Source of the DNA: an uncultured delta proteobacterium
GTDB lineage: Bacteria > Desulfobacterota > Syntrophia > Syntrophales > Smithellaceae
Assembly: GCA_963753975.1 (NCBI GenBank)
Contig: CAVWEH010000005.1
Location: 192,001 to 256,000, forward strand
Reading direction: 5' to 3'
Length of the DNA: 64,000 nt
The position numbers and the translations under genes are program-made. The stretch's first letter is position 1, and every line of letters starts with the position of its first letter. The notes under the pieces are model-generated. The model was given only the letters and a program-made list of their open reading frames with translations, ran no database searches and was not told the origin of the DNA. Positions 1 through 10,461 of the stretch are shown in pieces.

Positions 1-252
1 CCTTATTTAGAATTCTCTCTGACCGGCATCTCCCCCCGGACAATAAACTCCCCGCGACGGGGGTCAGCAAAGAATGGGAGAGGGTTTTATCGCCTATTTT
101 CATAAAAAGCCCTAATTATGGCACACGTTCTTCGACAATTTTGTTTATCGGAAAAAATAAACGAGTGAAGTTTATAGAAAAAGTATTTAATGGGAAACCT
201 GAACCATGGATTACCAGCCGTTTTTCCTTCAAATTGGAAAGGGGAAATTAAT

Positions 253-693
253 ATGAATTCGGAATCAAGCAATGTTTATCCCGCGACACCGCGTGTGGGA
301 GTCGGCGCTATAACTCTTAAAGACGGGAAAGTCCTGTTGGTAAAACGCGGAATAGAACCGAGCAAAGGACTTTGGGCGATTCCCGGCGGAACGCTGAAAC
401 TTGGCGAGACTCTGCAAGAGTGTGCTGCCCGCGAAATTTGGGAAGAAACCGGCATCAGAATTAAAGTCGGCGATAGCGTATACGTATTCGATTTCCTCGA
501 ACGCGACGATAAAAGAAAAATTAAATTTCATTTTGTAGTTGTTGATTTCGCGGCTGAATATTTGTCCGGCGAGCCCCAAGGCGCGGATGACGCTCTGGAG
601 GCTCACTGGCTTTCTCCCGCAGAATTAAGCGAATTGCCGGTGGCAAAAAATACTCTCAAGGCATTACGTTCGATAGGTTTTTTGCCTGAGTAG
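253..693 (+). CDS. NUDIX hydrolase (ADP-ribose pyrophosphatase/MutT-like)
   Basis: Nudix box GGTLKLGETLQECAAREIWEETG; ATG at 253 follows a GGGGAA RBS (ORF track starts at 190). Confidence 0.9.
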   Translation: MNSESSNVYPATPRVGVGAITLKDGKVLLVKRGIEPSKGLWAIPGGTLKLGETLQECAAREIWEETGIRIKVGDSVYVFDFLERDDKRKIKFHFVVVDFAAEYLSGEPQGADDALEAHWLSPAELSELPVAKNTLKALRSIGFLPE

Positions 694-718
694 CTGCGCT
701 GGAACGAAGGAGGATTAA

Positions 719-1465
719 ATGAAAGTTGTTTACCATGAAGATTACAATGAAGTTTATACATCGGATCCTGCTTCCGCCCCTGGAAGAATTCGAGCCGTGG
801 AAACAGCGCTACGAGGCAAAGTAACGTTTATTACACCGGTTCCCGCAGCAAAAGAAGATATTCTCCAGGTACACACGCCCGATCACGTAAGGTCGGTCGA
901 ACGTGAGGGTGTATACGAAATTGCCGCGCTCGCCGCCGGCGGTGCAATCCTTGCGGCTGAAATCGGTTTAACCGAACCCTGTTTCGCTGTAATTCGCCCG
1001 CCCGGACATCATGCTTCCGCCGGAAGGGCCTGGGGATTTTGCTATTTTAACAACATGGCAATTGCGCTTACAAAATTGAAGTACGAAGGCAAAATCAAGA
1101 AGGCTTTTATTCTGGATTTCGATCTGCATGATGGTGATGGTAATATTAATATCCTGAGCGGCAAGGGATATGTGACTATTCTTAATCCCACAGGGCCAAA
1201 CCGCAATGATTATCTAAAAAATGTGGAGGCCGCGCTCACGCAAACAGACGCAGATATGATCGCCGTATCCGCAGGCTTTGATAACCATGAAGCGGATTGG
1301 GGAGGCCTGCTAAAAACCGAAGATTATACATTCATGGGTAAACTGGTGAGGGAAACCGCCCGCCGTAACAACGGCGGCTGTTTCGGCATATTAGAAGGGG
1401 GTTATAATCACAGTGTTTTGGGCAAAAACGTGCTGGCCTTTGTTCACGGGTTGGAAGAAAAATAG
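719..1465 (+). CDS. Compact histone deacetylase-family (AcuC/AphA-like) amidohydrolase
   Basis: RPPGHHA, GFCYFNN, DFDLHDGDG, SAGFD and LEGGY motifs; GGAGG RBS. Confidence 0.88.
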   Translation: MKVVYHEDYNEVYTSDPASAPGRIRAVETALRGKVTFITPVPAAKEDILQVHTPDHVRSVEREGVYEIAALAAGGAILAAEIGLTEPCFAVIRPPGHHASAGRAWGFCYFNNMAIALTKLKYEGKIKKAFILDFDLHDGDGNINILSGKGYVTILNPTGPNRNDYLKNVEAALTQTDADMIAVSAGFDNHEADWGGLLKTEDYTFMGKLVRETARRNNGGCFGILEGGYNHSVLGKNVLAFVHGLEEK

Positions 1466-1498
1466 ATGGTGAGGTTCCCCCGAAAAATAACAATATAG

Positions 1499-2281
1499 CT
1501 AAAACAATCCTGCGGCCATGCCGATCCCGACAACGATCAACATCACTCCCACAATGATTTGTACCGACTGCAGAGTTACCTTCTTCATCAGACGGGTGCC
1601 GACGAAAGAGCCCACAAATGCCGCGATCACGGCAGCCAAAATAATGCCGCCCATCGATTCAACCTGGGAGATTTTCATCATGTAAAAACCAAGCCCATAG
1701 ATGAGCAATCTGGATATATCCACAATTACTGCCGTTACGGTACTGGTGCCGATAAAAGCTTCTTTTCCCAATCCCACTTTGATCAAAAAAGCGGATCTGA
1801 GCGCTCCCTGAATACCGGATAGCCCGCCAAAAAAACCGGAAAGTAACCCGCCGATGGGCAGGTACTTCCGATCAAAAGCCGTAGTACTGAAGCCCGGCAA
1901 AAGGTCCAGGCAGGCAAAGCCCACTATAAGCGCTCCGACAATTAGCTTAACCAGATAGATTTCATGTTTCTGGCCGCTGAGATGATAAGATGTCAAAGAC
2001 GGGAGTCCGGCAAATAGGTTCAACAATGTTGCTCCGATCATCGCCGCTGCTGCCGCAGGCAGCGCGAATTTAAGGACCACCCGCCAGTCCGCATTTCGTC
2101 CCACCAAAACCGTTTTAAAAATATTATTGGCGAGATGAACCACGGCCGTAGCAGCTATGGCAACAGGCAGCGGGAAAAACAACGCATAGGCGGGCATAAG
2201 CAGCGTTCCCAAGCCGAAGCCGGAAAACAGAGTCAAAGCCGATACCAGTAAAGCCACCAAACATATTACGGCGTAATCCAT
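1499..2281 (-). CDS. TauE/SafE (TSUP) family membrane transporter
   Basis: Hydrophobic 260 aa; SGFGLGTLL and GLLSGFFGGLSG internal repeat motifs. Confidence 0.85.
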   Translation of the reverse strand: MDYAVICLVALLVSALTLFSGFGLGTLLMPAYALFFPLPVAIAATAVVHLANNIFKTVLVGRNADWRVVLKFALPAAAAAMIGATLLNLFAGLPSLTSYHLSGQKHEIYLVKLIVGALIVGFACLDLLPGFSTTAFDRKYLPIGGLLSGFFGGLSGIQGALRSAFLIKVGLGKEAFIGTSTVTAVIVDISRLLIYGLGFYMMKISQVESMGGIILAAVIAAFVGSFVGTRLMKKVTLQSVQIIVGVMLIVVGIGMAAGLF

Positions 2282-2390
2282 TGCATCACCCTATCTTACG
2301 CCTGCGGTTTTTTACTTTAAGGGGAAACTGTACAAACCGGGTCAATATTGAATCCCTGCACTTTCCAATCAGAGGGACAAGCAAATATAC

Positions 2391-3461
2391 TCAATTGTTT
2401 CCCAATTGCTCTTTGAGTTTGCCGCGGTTTTTAATGCCTTGTTCGACTCTATTGAGAGCGGAAGATATATCATCATCGGACTTCCCCAGGCGCTTATCGG
2501 CTCGTTTATAAAGTGCCAATGCGACATCGAGATCGCCGCGGCTTTCGGCACAGGCACCCAGGTTATAAAGTAAGGCATAAGAATTAGGGGCGATGTTGCG
2601 CGCTTCTTCCCATAGTTCACAGGCATTATCCATTTTGGCCTTATCCGCGTATTCCAAACCGCGTTTAAGTTTATCTTTAGCTTCCGCCGATTCGATGCCT
2701 TCTTTGGAATCCATTAAACTGATTTCTTTTATGACATAATATGGAGCGATATCATGCCGGAAGTCTTTCTTCACCATTTCTTTGACTCTCTCTAAAAGTT
2801 CATTTCCACTTTGCGCCGGCCGTGTATCATCGCAGCCGGAAGAATTTGCCGAAGCGGAAAGATCGCGGGAATAAAGAATTCTTCCGGTAATAACATCGAC
2901 TAACTTGGGAGAAACTGCAAAGTTAGCGACTCTTTTTACACATTTAGCGTTGTTTAGCTGCCACGAAATACAGGGGCCACGATATAAATTACCATTCTTA
3001 TCTCTTTCTTGTTCGTACTGCACACAGGTTGAACGATTTTCATAATAGGGGCTATCATCACAGCTATTTTGGATGACAACGCCGGTATAAACACCCTGAG
3101 CGCCGACAAGTTTACCGATCCTTACCGCTGTTTTCTGGTCCACCATGCCGCTTGGAGAAAGCGGCATTTCGTTGATAATTTTATCAAGAGAGGTCCGGTC
3201 AACAAGAGTAAAATAGGGTTTATCGTCAATGCTGATAGCGGCTAAAACTCTTTCAATTTCGGCAGTGAATTCCTTGCCTTCCCTGCCGCTGAAAGGCAGT
3301 ACAGCTATGGTTTTTGTCAGCGACGCCTCGTGATACGGCGCAGGCTGAAGCATATTGACTCTGATTTTTGTCGCACAACCGGAAAGCATTAAAAAAATAA
3401 CGCAAAGAAATATCCGACTGGAACATACAATAAAATTCATCTTTTTGTGTACAGAGTGCAT
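2391..3461 (-). CDS. Lipoprotein with CsgG/HfaB-like domain and C-terminal TPR
   Basis: Lipobox LSGC; IAVLPF...LVDR...AVRIGKLVGAQ CsgG-like segment; TPR YALLYNLG; GGGGA RBS before ATG 3461. Confidence 0.65.
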   Translation of the reverse strand: MHSVHKKMNFIVCSSRIFLCVIFLMLSGCATKIRVNMLQPAPYHEASLTKTIAVLPFSGREGKEFTAEIERVLAAISIDDKPYFTLVDRTSLDKIINEMPLSPSGMVDQKTAVRIGKLVGAQGVYTGVVIQNSCDDSPYYENRSTCVQYEQERDKNGNLYRGPCISWQLNNAKCVKRVANFAVSPKLVDVITGRILYSRDLSASANSSGCDDTRPAQSGNELLERVKEMVKKDFRHDIAPYYVIKEISLMDSKEGIESAEAKDKLKRGLEYADKAKMDNACELWEEARNIAPNSYALLYNLGACAESRGDLDVALALYKRADKRLGKSDDDISSALNRVEQGIKNRGKLKEQLGNN

Positions 3462-3686
3462 TTTATCCCCTGCTTTATTCACCGAGTGGGATTGACGATT
3501 TGGGTTTCTCATGTTCCGGTTTCTTTGCCGAATACTTTTGATAGTTTTCACCTTATACGCTATTAAAAAAATAGAAACAAACCATTTTTCATTAGACTGC
3601 CTCAATTTATTTTTTTAATAATCTTAACTAGAAAAATCCTGCCGGCGTTTTGCGCCATGTTAACATAAATTACTAAGAGATTCAAT

Positions 3687-5066
3687 CTACTTGCCGATGC
3701 AGAAGCCGGCGAATATCTTATCCAGCACATCGTCATTAATTTTTTTACCGGTGATTTCGTCCAGATGATCCAGCGCTTCGCGCAATTCGAATGCGGCAAA
3801 TTCCGGCGATAGGCCTCCATTAATACTGTTTTTCGCCGCCTGAATTTTTTTTTCAATATTTTCCAGCGCCAGCTTGTGGCGCAAATTGGTTATCATTACT
3901 TCGTCGGCTTTTTCCTCTGCGTTCTCGCCGGAAACAGCGACGACGGTGTCTTTCAGTTCTTCCAATCCCCTGCCGAACTTGGCCGATATTTCAATAATCT
4001 TTGTTCCTTGCAGAATCAGTGATTCAATTTTTTTTGTTTCCCAAGAACGCGGTAGATCTATTTTATTGACCGCAACAAGAATATTGCGTTTCTTATTCTT
4101 ATCAATAATTTTTTTGTCTTCATTGGTTAAGGGCTTGCTTCCGTCCAGAATAATAATCACAATATCGGCAGCTGCCAGATTTTCCGTGACCAGGTCCATC
4201 CCCTCTTTTTCGATGGCGTTTCGCGGTTTTCTAATTCCGGCCGTATCCGTTAGATTCAAAGGAACGCCGCAAATATTAATGGTATCTGTAATTAAATCAC
4301 GTGTCGTACCGGGTATATCGGTAACAATAGCCTTTTTTTTGCCCACGAGCGCGTTGAGTAAGCTGGATTTGCCTACATTGGGTTTGCCCGTAATGACGAC
4401 ATTGAGGCCTTCTGTAAACATTTTTGCCTTTTGATACGATGACAAAAGCAACCTTACACGCTCGGCTGCCGCGTCTATTTGCGGCGGAAGCGCGGGAATC
4501 TTGTCTGCGCCTACATCGTCCGAAAAATCGATGGCGATTTCCAGTGAGGCGAGAGCTTCGATAAGAAGCTTTCCCAGGTTATCCATTTCCCGGTTTAAGT
4601 TCCCTTTTAACTGGGCAAGGCCGATGGCGTAAGCTTTCGGGGATTTCGCACAGACCATTGCGGCAAGAGCTTCCGCCTGCGACAAATCGAGACGGTTGTT
4701 GAGAAAAGCGCGCTCGGAAAATTCGCCGGGCTTCGCCAGACGGCAGCCCAATTCCACCAATTGTGTCAAAATGGTTTGCATAATGAGCGGACTGCCGTGG
4801 CAATTAATTTCAATAACGTCTTCCCCCGTAAAAGAGTGCGGTTGACGCATGTAAGAAATTAAAACTTCGTCAAGGATTGTTTTGCCGTCGGTTGAAACTA
4901 TATCGCCATGATATAGAAAATGACTTTCCCATGGACAATTTTTTGCGGTGGGTTTGAAGATACGGCGCGCTATTTCATGAGCTTCGGGTCCGCTGACCCT
5001 GATTATTCCGACTCCTGCCGTGCCCAAAGGAGTGGCCATCGCTGCTATGGTATCTTGGCAAAGCAC
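3687..5066 (-). CDS. mnmE: tRNA modification GTPase MnmE
   Basis: DTIAAMATPLG, HSFTGEDV, GKPNVGKSS, DTAG, NKID; ends FCIGK. Confidence 0.98.
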   Translation of the reverse strand: MLCQDTIAAMATPLGTAGVGIIRVSGPEAHEIARRIFKPTAKNCPWESHFLYHGDIVSTDGKTILDEVLISYMRQPHSFTGEDVIEINCHGSPLIMQTILTQLVELGCRLAKPGEFSERAFLNNRLDLSQAEALAAMVCAKSPKAYAIGLAQLKGNLNREMDNLGKLLIEALASLEIAIDFSDDVGADKIPALPPQIDAAAERVRLLLSSYQKAKMFTEGLNVVITGKPNVGKSSLLNALVGKKKAIVTDIPGTTRDLITDTINICGVPLNLTDTAGIRKPRNAIEKEGMDLVTENLAAADIVIIILDGSKPLTNEDKKIIDKNKKRNILVAVNKIDLPRSWETKKIESLILQGTKIIEISAKFGRGLEELKDTVVAVSGENAEEKADEVMITNLRHKLALENIEKKIQAAKNSINGGLSPEFAAFELREALDHLDEITGKKINDDVLDKIFAGFCIGK

Positions 5067-5114
5067 AGTAGGGAAATGCCTCTTTACACGATGTTCGGCT
5101 AATCGAACGAAAAA

Positions 5115-5897
5115 CTACCCTGGTTTCTTTTCTCCGTTATGCCCGGTATTGCTTTTTCTCGAAGGAAGAATTACTATTTTTCTGTATTCGCCTTCGCCGC
5201 GGCTTTTCGTTGTCAAGGATTCATCCTCCTGCAGGGCCAGATGGATAATGCGCCGGTCATGCGCGCTCATATGGCTAATTGATACCGGCTTGTGAGTCTT
5301 TTTTACTTTTTGTCTTATTCTTTCCGCCAGGCTCAGAAGAGATTCTTCTCTTCTTTTCCGGTATTCTTCCGAATCCACCATTATTATCTTACGTTCATTA
5401 TCGGATTTATTCAGGGCTTTATTTAATATATACTGAAGGGCATCAAGATTTTGACCGCGTCTGCCGATAAGCAAGCCGCTGTCATTACCCTCAATATTGA
5501 GTACAATTGTATCCGTTTCCTCCCTGACGGCCACCCGGCATTGCAAAGACATCCTTTGTAAAATACCGTCCAATAGATCCTTGGCCTGAGATGCCAGTGC
5601 AGAATTTGATTGGACAACTACGGGGGCAGAAGGCTTTTCTGTCTTAGCTTTCGGCTCTATTTTAATTCTTGCCTCGCTTTTATTCCCGATATTATCGCTT
5701 AAAGCGAAATCCACATCTACGGAAAGTAAGGAAGCTTTGATTTTTGCTTTTTTGGAAAGTATGCCCAAAAAGCCGCCTGTATCTTCGGAGATAATTTCGA
5801 TATTTAACTTTTCCCGCGACACGCCGAATTCACGGCAAGCTTTCTCAATGGCTTCATCAATTGATTTTTCCTCTATTTCCAATGTTTTCGCGTTCAT
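5115..5897 (-). CDS. jag: RNA-binding protein Jag/KhpB (Jag_N, KH, R3H)
   Basis: LIGRRGQNLDALQY KH motif, DRRIIH R3H motif; lies between yidC and mnmE. Confidence 0.95.
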   Translation of the reverse strand: MNAKTLEIEEKSIDEAIEKACREFGVSREKLNIEIISEDTGGFLGILSKKAKIKASLLSVDVDFALSDNIGNKSEARIKIEPKAKTEKPSAPVVVQSNSALASQAKDLLDGILQRMSLQCRVAVREETDTIVLNIEGNDSGLLIGRRGQNLDALQYILNKALNKSDNERKIIMVDSEEYRKRREESLLSLAERIRQKVKKTHKPVSISHMSAHDRRIIHLALQEDESLTTKSRGEGEYRKIVILPSRKSNTGHNGEKKPG

Positions 5898-5919
5898 TTC
5901 GAAACCTCTTATCAATATA

Positions 5920-7599
5920 TCAATTAGCCAGCCTTTTATTTATATAAAATTGCTGACCGATGCTTAAAATATTATTAAACAGCCAGTAAATGACCAGCCC
6001 CGCAGGAAAGTTTAAAAAGAAAAAAGTGAGAACTAAGGGCATTAACAACATAATCTTTGCCTGCATAGGATCGCCCATAGCGGGCGTCATCTTTTGTTGA
6101 ATAAATTGCGTTACACCCATAATTATGGGAGTAACATAGTAAGGGTCTTTGGCCGATAAATCCTGAATCCACCAGAAAAACGGGGCCTGGCGCAATTCAA
6201 TTGAATAAAGCAGAGCTTTATAGAGGCCGAAAAATACGGGAATTTGAATCAACATCGGCAAGCATCCGCTAAGAGGGTTGATTTTATGAGCGCGGTAAAG
6301 CGCCATGGTTTCCTGACCGATCTTGGCCTGATCATTTTTGTATTTTTCTTTTAACGCAGATATCTTCGGCTGAATTTTTTGCATTTCTTTCATGGATTTG
6401 TAACTTAAGTTACCCAACGGCCAGAAGATTATTTTAACCAATGTGGTTAAAATGATAATGGCAATCCCGTAGTTATGGACAAACGCGTAAAGAAAATTAA
6501 GGATTAAAAGAAATGGTATGGCCAGCCATTTCAACCAACTGCCGAAATCAATGGAATCTTCCAAACCCACATTTTGCGCTTGGAGTAAACCGTGATCCTT
6601 GGGACCAAGATAGAGGGAATAACTAATGATATCGTTCTGTCTGCCGGGAATTACTTCTTTTTGTCCCTTCATGCCCACTGTAACCATGTCATTGGTGTCA
6701 CGGTTCATGCTCACGCTGGTCAAAGAAGGATTCTCCGGAATAAAAGCGGCAATGAAATATTTACTTTCAAAACCAGCCCACAATACATTGGGACCCAACA
6801 TTATCTCTTTATCCAGTTTTTTGACTTCCTGCCGTTCAATGGTCTTGGCAACAGAAGCAACCGGGCCTTCATGACCATAGCGGTCTTCCTCATTTTGGGG
6901 ATCGACGTATTGTTGCCAGCTGAGCCTCGGTATCTGGATTAGCGGCGCATCTGTAAGGTTATATATTTTAACTTCCAGTCCGATTGTGTAATTATCGGGA
7001 TTAAAAGTGAAAATCTTTTCTACTTTGATTTTGCCGTTATAAGTGCCGGAAAAAACCAGGCTTTGCTTTTCTTTAGTATTGATCAAATCGAGTCTGGTTG
7101 TATTGGTTGCAAAAGCAGAATCGGCGTCAATCTCGACGCTTGATTCCGGAAAAGTCACCGTCAGAGGATACGGCATTCCTTCCTTCACCTGGACAAGTTC
7201 CACAAGTTCTTTATTTTTCGGCTTGGATTTTTTTTTGGCACCTGTAAAAAAATTCTTCAGGAGAGGATAAATATCATCGGCGCATTCACTACATTCTTTT
7301 TGATATCCTTTGAGCTTAAACGATTTTAAGGCAGCTCCTTTAGTGGAAAAAATCGCGGCATAATGGGAAGTTTCCACCTGAATGTCTTTGGCCGCAACTT
7401 CCTTTTCGACTATGGTCTTTTTAGCAATCGTTATTGTTGGAGGGGAAACCGGTTTTGTTATCGCTTCTTTTTGAACCTGCCCTGCTTCCTGGACAGGAGT
7501 AGCCGCTCTCTCCGGCACCGGTGGTTTGGCAAAAAACATCTGATATATTAAAAGTACGGCCAGTGATAGGACTACGGCAAGTATTGTCCTTTTGTCCAT
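5920..7599 (-). CDS. yidC: Membrane protein insertase YidC
   Basis: NYGIAII, SMKEMQKIQP, NPLSGCLP, WIQDLSAKDP, PAGLVIYW. Confidence 0.98.
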   Translation of the reverse strand: MDKRTILAVVLSLAVLLIYQMFFAKPPVPERAATPVQEAGQVQKEAITKPVSPPTITIAKKTIVEKEVAAKDIQVETSHYAAIFSTKGAALKSFKLKGYQKECSECADDIYPLLKNFFTGAKKKSKPKNKELVELVQVKEGMPYPLTVTFPESSVEIDADSAFATNTTRLDLINTKEKQSLVFSGTYNGKIKVEKIFTFNPDNYTIGLEVKIYNLTDAPLIQIPRLSWQQYVDPQNEEDRYGHEGPVASVAKTIERQEVKKLDKEIMLGPNVLWAGFESKYFIAAFIPENPSLTSVSMNRDTNDMVTVGMKGQKEVIPGRQNDIISYSLYLGPKDHGLLQAQNVGLEDSIDFGSWLKWLAIPFLLILNFLYAFVHNYGIAIIILTTLVKIIFWPLGNLSYKSMKEMQKIQPKISALKEKYKNDQAKIGQETMALYRAHKINPLSGCLPMLIQIPVFFGLYKALLYSIELRQAPFFWWIQDLSAKDPYYVTPIIMGVTQFIQQKMTPAMGDPMQAKIMLLMPLVLTFFFLNFPAGLVIYWLFNNILSIGQQFYINKRLAN

Positions 7600-7620
7600 T
7601 GAAAACCTCCCTACTATTTT

Positions 7621-7848
7621 TTACTTGACTGGATCGTAACCACCGGGATGTAGAGGATGGCAACGAAGAATCCTTTTTACGCCCGCAAATAGACCTTTCG
7701 CCGGCCCATGCAACTTAATTGCCGAAATGGCATACTCGGAGCACGAGGGATAAAAACGACAACACGGAGCAAAAAAGAAAGGTGAAACGCAAATTTGGTA
7801 TGAACGAATTATAGAAATAAAAATTTTTATTAAAATTTTTCTGAGCAT
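7621..7848 (-). CDS. yidD: Membrane protein insertion efficiency factor YidD
   Basis: [10 protein letters not shown]...[13 protein letters not shown]. Confidence 0.95.
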   Translation of the reverse strand: MLRKILIKIFISIIRSYQICVSPFFFAPCCRFYPSCSEYAISAIKLHGPAKGLFAGVKRILRCHPLHPGGYDPVK

Positions 7849-7851
7849 AGA

Positions 7852-8199
7852 TTATGTTTTGGCTTTCCGTGTGAAGAGTTCCATTAATTCTCTGCATACT
7901 TCCTGATAAGTGAGGGGGGGTATATTTTTTTTAGCCATTACAACAACATCGTGCTCGGCAGGAAACAAGGCCTTGTTCAGGCGAAAAAATTCTCGAATCA
8001 GGCGTTTAATTCTGTTTCTTCTTACGGCATTGCCCGCTTTTTTGGATACAGTTATACCTAACCTTTTAATACCATGGGCATTGCTGCATGTTATAGTTGT
8101 AAAATTTTGCGAGCTTCTCCAAACCCCCTCTTGGTAAACGGCTCTATACCTACTGCTATTGGTTATCCTTTCCAATTTCCGGTAAGATTGTTTTTTCAT
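7852..8199 (-). CDS. rnpA: Ribonuclease P protein component
   Basis: [21 protein letters not shown] signature; start uncertain (8199 chosen). Confidence 0.95.
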   Translation of the reverse strand: MKKQSYRKLERITNSSRYRAVYQEGVWRSSQNFTTITCSNAHGIKRLGITVSKKAGNAVRRNRIKRLIREFFRLNKALFPAEHDVVVMAKKNIPPLTYQEVCRELMELFTRKAKT

Positions 8200-8239
8200 G
8201 CATACTGACCGACCATCCCTTGAAGCTAAAAGCACGAAT

Positions 8240-8377
8240 TTATACAGCTAAACGTTTTCTTCCTTTGGCTCTTCTGCGGCTTAAAACCTGCCGGCCGGAT
8301 TTCGAAGCCATGCGGACAAGAAAACCGTGGGTTCTTTTTCTTTTAGTATTTGTTTTATTGGTCAAAGTCTTTTTCAT
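8240..8377 (-). CDS. rpmH: 50S ribosomal protein L34 (45 aa, absent from the ORF track)
   Basis: Manual translation [45 protein letters not shown]; directly upstream of rnpA. Confidence 0.96.
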   Translation of the reverse strand: MKKTLTNKTNTKRKRTHGFLVRMASKSGRQVLSRRRAKGRKRLAV

Positions 8378-8708
8378 AAGTAAAACCCCTAAAAGTTATA
8401 GGGTCATGCGTAAATCACAGACACATTTATTTGTCAAGGCAAAATTGGCAATTGCCGCGATTCTCTTACGGCAGCCGACCTTCCCGGCGGCGCTTGGCAA
8501 TGATTTAATTCATTGCCGGCATGGCTTCCACTGCCGCCCTTTCGCCTTACATGATGGCGTCCATGTCGCCTGGTAAAATTGCTCGCACCGATGTGCCCTA
8601 TTTTCTGTTTAATTACCACAGCGGCGTTTTTAAATTGAATGACCGCTATCTTGTTATACATTATACCAATCGCCTGCCTGATCGTTTCGATTGATGTATA
8701 TTTCCACT

Positions 8709-8798
8709 TTACGGTATAATTGCTTTCGGCGTTGAAGCACAGGAAACAAGTAAAGGCAGCAGGAGACAATAACAAGTTAAATTAATAATATTTTTCAT
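8709..8798 (-). pseudogene. Short lipoprotein-like ORF, possibly the 5' remnant of a decayed gene
   Basis: MKNIINLTCYCLLLPLLVSCASTPKAIIP* with signal peptide and LVSC lipobox; coding-like sequence continues only in shifted frames. Confidence 0.3.
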
Positions 8799-8825
8799 GA
8801 AACATAAATATTTATGTTTCATGAA
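8794..8825. repeat. Perfect 32-bp palindrome
   Basis: TTCATGAAACATAAAT|ATTTATGTTTCATGAA, just past the helicase stop codon. Confidence 0.9.
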
Positions 8826-8827
8826 TT

Positions 8828-10291
8828 TTATTTCTTCCTTTCTCCTTTATTTCCCGAACGAGGTCTTCTTCTTTTGGAATTTTGCGGCAAGCTGGAAGTT
8901 TGATCTGTTCCAGCGGCCGGTTGAACCGGCGGCGCGTGTAATGATTGCTGATAATAATCATCCAGCAACATGGTAATTAATGCCAACTGGTCTTCCGCCC
9001 TGGATAAAGTTCGCGCCAAGGGCGCGAATCGCTGCATTCTCTCAATTTGCAGATTATCGCGGGCGCGGAGACATGCCTCCAAAAGAGCCGTTATTCGTTC
9101 GGCAACAATTTTCTCCATCTCTTCATCGCTCGGAAGCGAGCGCTCCTCCATGTTAATATTGTAATAACAGGCAATGCTTTGCAGCTTGAATCTTTCCATC
9201 TCCGCCACGAGCGAAATGGCAACACCGCTGGATCCCATGCGACCCGTACGTCCGGCACGGTGGATGTAAGCTTCCGGGTCTTCCGGCGGCTCGTATTGAA
9301 TTACATGAGAAAGGTCAGGAATATCAATACCGCGAGCCGCCACGTCCGTAGCCACCAGAAAGCGCAGGGCGCCACGCTTCACCCTAGCCATAACCTTCTC
9401 CCTCATGCTTTGAGCCAGATCGGAGCTCAGTTCATCGGCATCATAGCCAAAACGCTTCAGCACAATGGAAAGGTAATGCACCGTGTCTTTTGTATTGCAA
9501 AAGATAATAGCGGAGGCGGGATTTTCTGTTTCAATTATACGCACCAGTGATCTTTCTTTGCGCATACCCGGAACGACATAATAAACATGCTCTATTTCGG
9601 CGATATGTACTTGATTGCCGCTTAAGCTCAATAATTGGGGCTGCCTCAGAAATTGATCGGCTAGACGAATCACCTGCGGCGGAAAAGTCGCGGAAAACAT
9701 GCTGCTGGCTATTTCATGCGTAGGTATATATTTACGAATTCTTACCATATCGGGATAAAATCCCATGGATAACATTCGGTCGGCCTCGTCGAATATCAGT
9801 ACCTTAAGATGATCGAGAGAAAGAGTATTTTTCAGCAGGTGATCCAAAATTCGACCCGGCGTGCCGACGACAAGTTGAGCACCGTTGCGAAAAGCTTCCA
9901 GCTGCGCGTTGTAGCCTACTCCGCCGTAGACTACGGCTGTTCTTATGCCGGTATTTTCCAAAAGCATTTCGGCTTCTTTGGATACTTGCAAGGCCAGCTC
10001 ACGGGTGGGAACAAGCACTAAAGCCTGGGCGGCATTTTGCTGTAAATCAATTTTTTGCATTATCGGCAAAAGGTAGGCGCCCGTTTTACCGCTGCCGGTT
10101 CGTGACTGAACCATCATATCGTGACCGGCCAAAAGACAGGGAATAGCTTTGGCCTGCACCGGTGTGAGAATTTTCCAGCCGGCACGCTCACAAGCGGCGC
10201 GCAATTCCGGCATTAGCTCTTCCATAGAAATTTCAGCAGGAGTATCGATCGGTTCAATAGCCTTTTTTTCATCATTTTTTATTTCTTTCAT
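8828..10291 (-). CDS. DEAD-box RNA helicase
   Basis: TPVQ, SRTGSGKT, PTRELA, TPGR, DEAD, SAT, ARGIDI, HRAGRTGR. Confidence 0.96.
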   Translation of the reverse strand: MKEIKNDEKKAIEPIDTPAEISMEELMPELRAACERAGWKILTPVQAKAIPCLLAGHDMMVQSRTGSGKTGAYLLPIMQKIDLQQNAAQALVLVPTRELALQVSKEAEMLLENTGIRTAVVYGGVGYNAQLEAFRNGAQLVVGTPGRILDHLLKNTLSLDHLKVLIFDEADRMLSMGFYPDMVRIRKYIPTHEIASSMFSATFPPQVIRLADQFLRQPQLLSLSGNQVHIAEIEHVYYVVPGMRKERSLVRIIETENPASAIIFCNTKDTVHYLSIVLKRFGYDADELSSDLAQSMREKVMARVKRGALRFLVATDVAARGIDIPDLSHVIQYEPPEDPEAYIHRAGRTGRMGSSGVAISLVAEMERFKLQSIACYYNINMEERSLPSDEEMEKIVAERITALLEACLRARDNLQIERMQRFAPLARTLSRAEDQLALITMLLDDYYQQSLHAPPVQPAAGTDQTSSLPQNSKRRRPRSGNKGERKK

Positions 10292-10432
10292 AAAAACAAA
10301 AAACCTTTCCGCCGGACAAAATAATTATATAAAATTATTTAGTTTAGTGTCGTGCAGGAATCAAGAAAAAAATCAGTAGCCTGCTCAAAAATATTATATC
10401 CCCAAAGAAATGTGTTAATACAAGAAAATATC

Positions 10433-10461
10433 TTGACAGTCCATCAATATTAATATAATCT
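10433..10461 (+). promoter_or_regulatory. Sigma70-type promoter for rho
   Basis: TTGACA (10433)-17 bp-TAATCT, with an overlapping TATAAT at 10454. Confidence 0.6.

Noticed and set aside
8434..8775. 113-aa minus-strand ORF as a real gene
   Set aside because: TTG start without RBS, no motif, and it runs into the region upstream of rpmH; better explained as a frame of a decayed gene.
8797..8822. dif-like XerCD site (..CATAA / TTATG.. arms)
   Set aside because: The spacer is 4 bp rather than 6 and the arms are perfectly symmetric.
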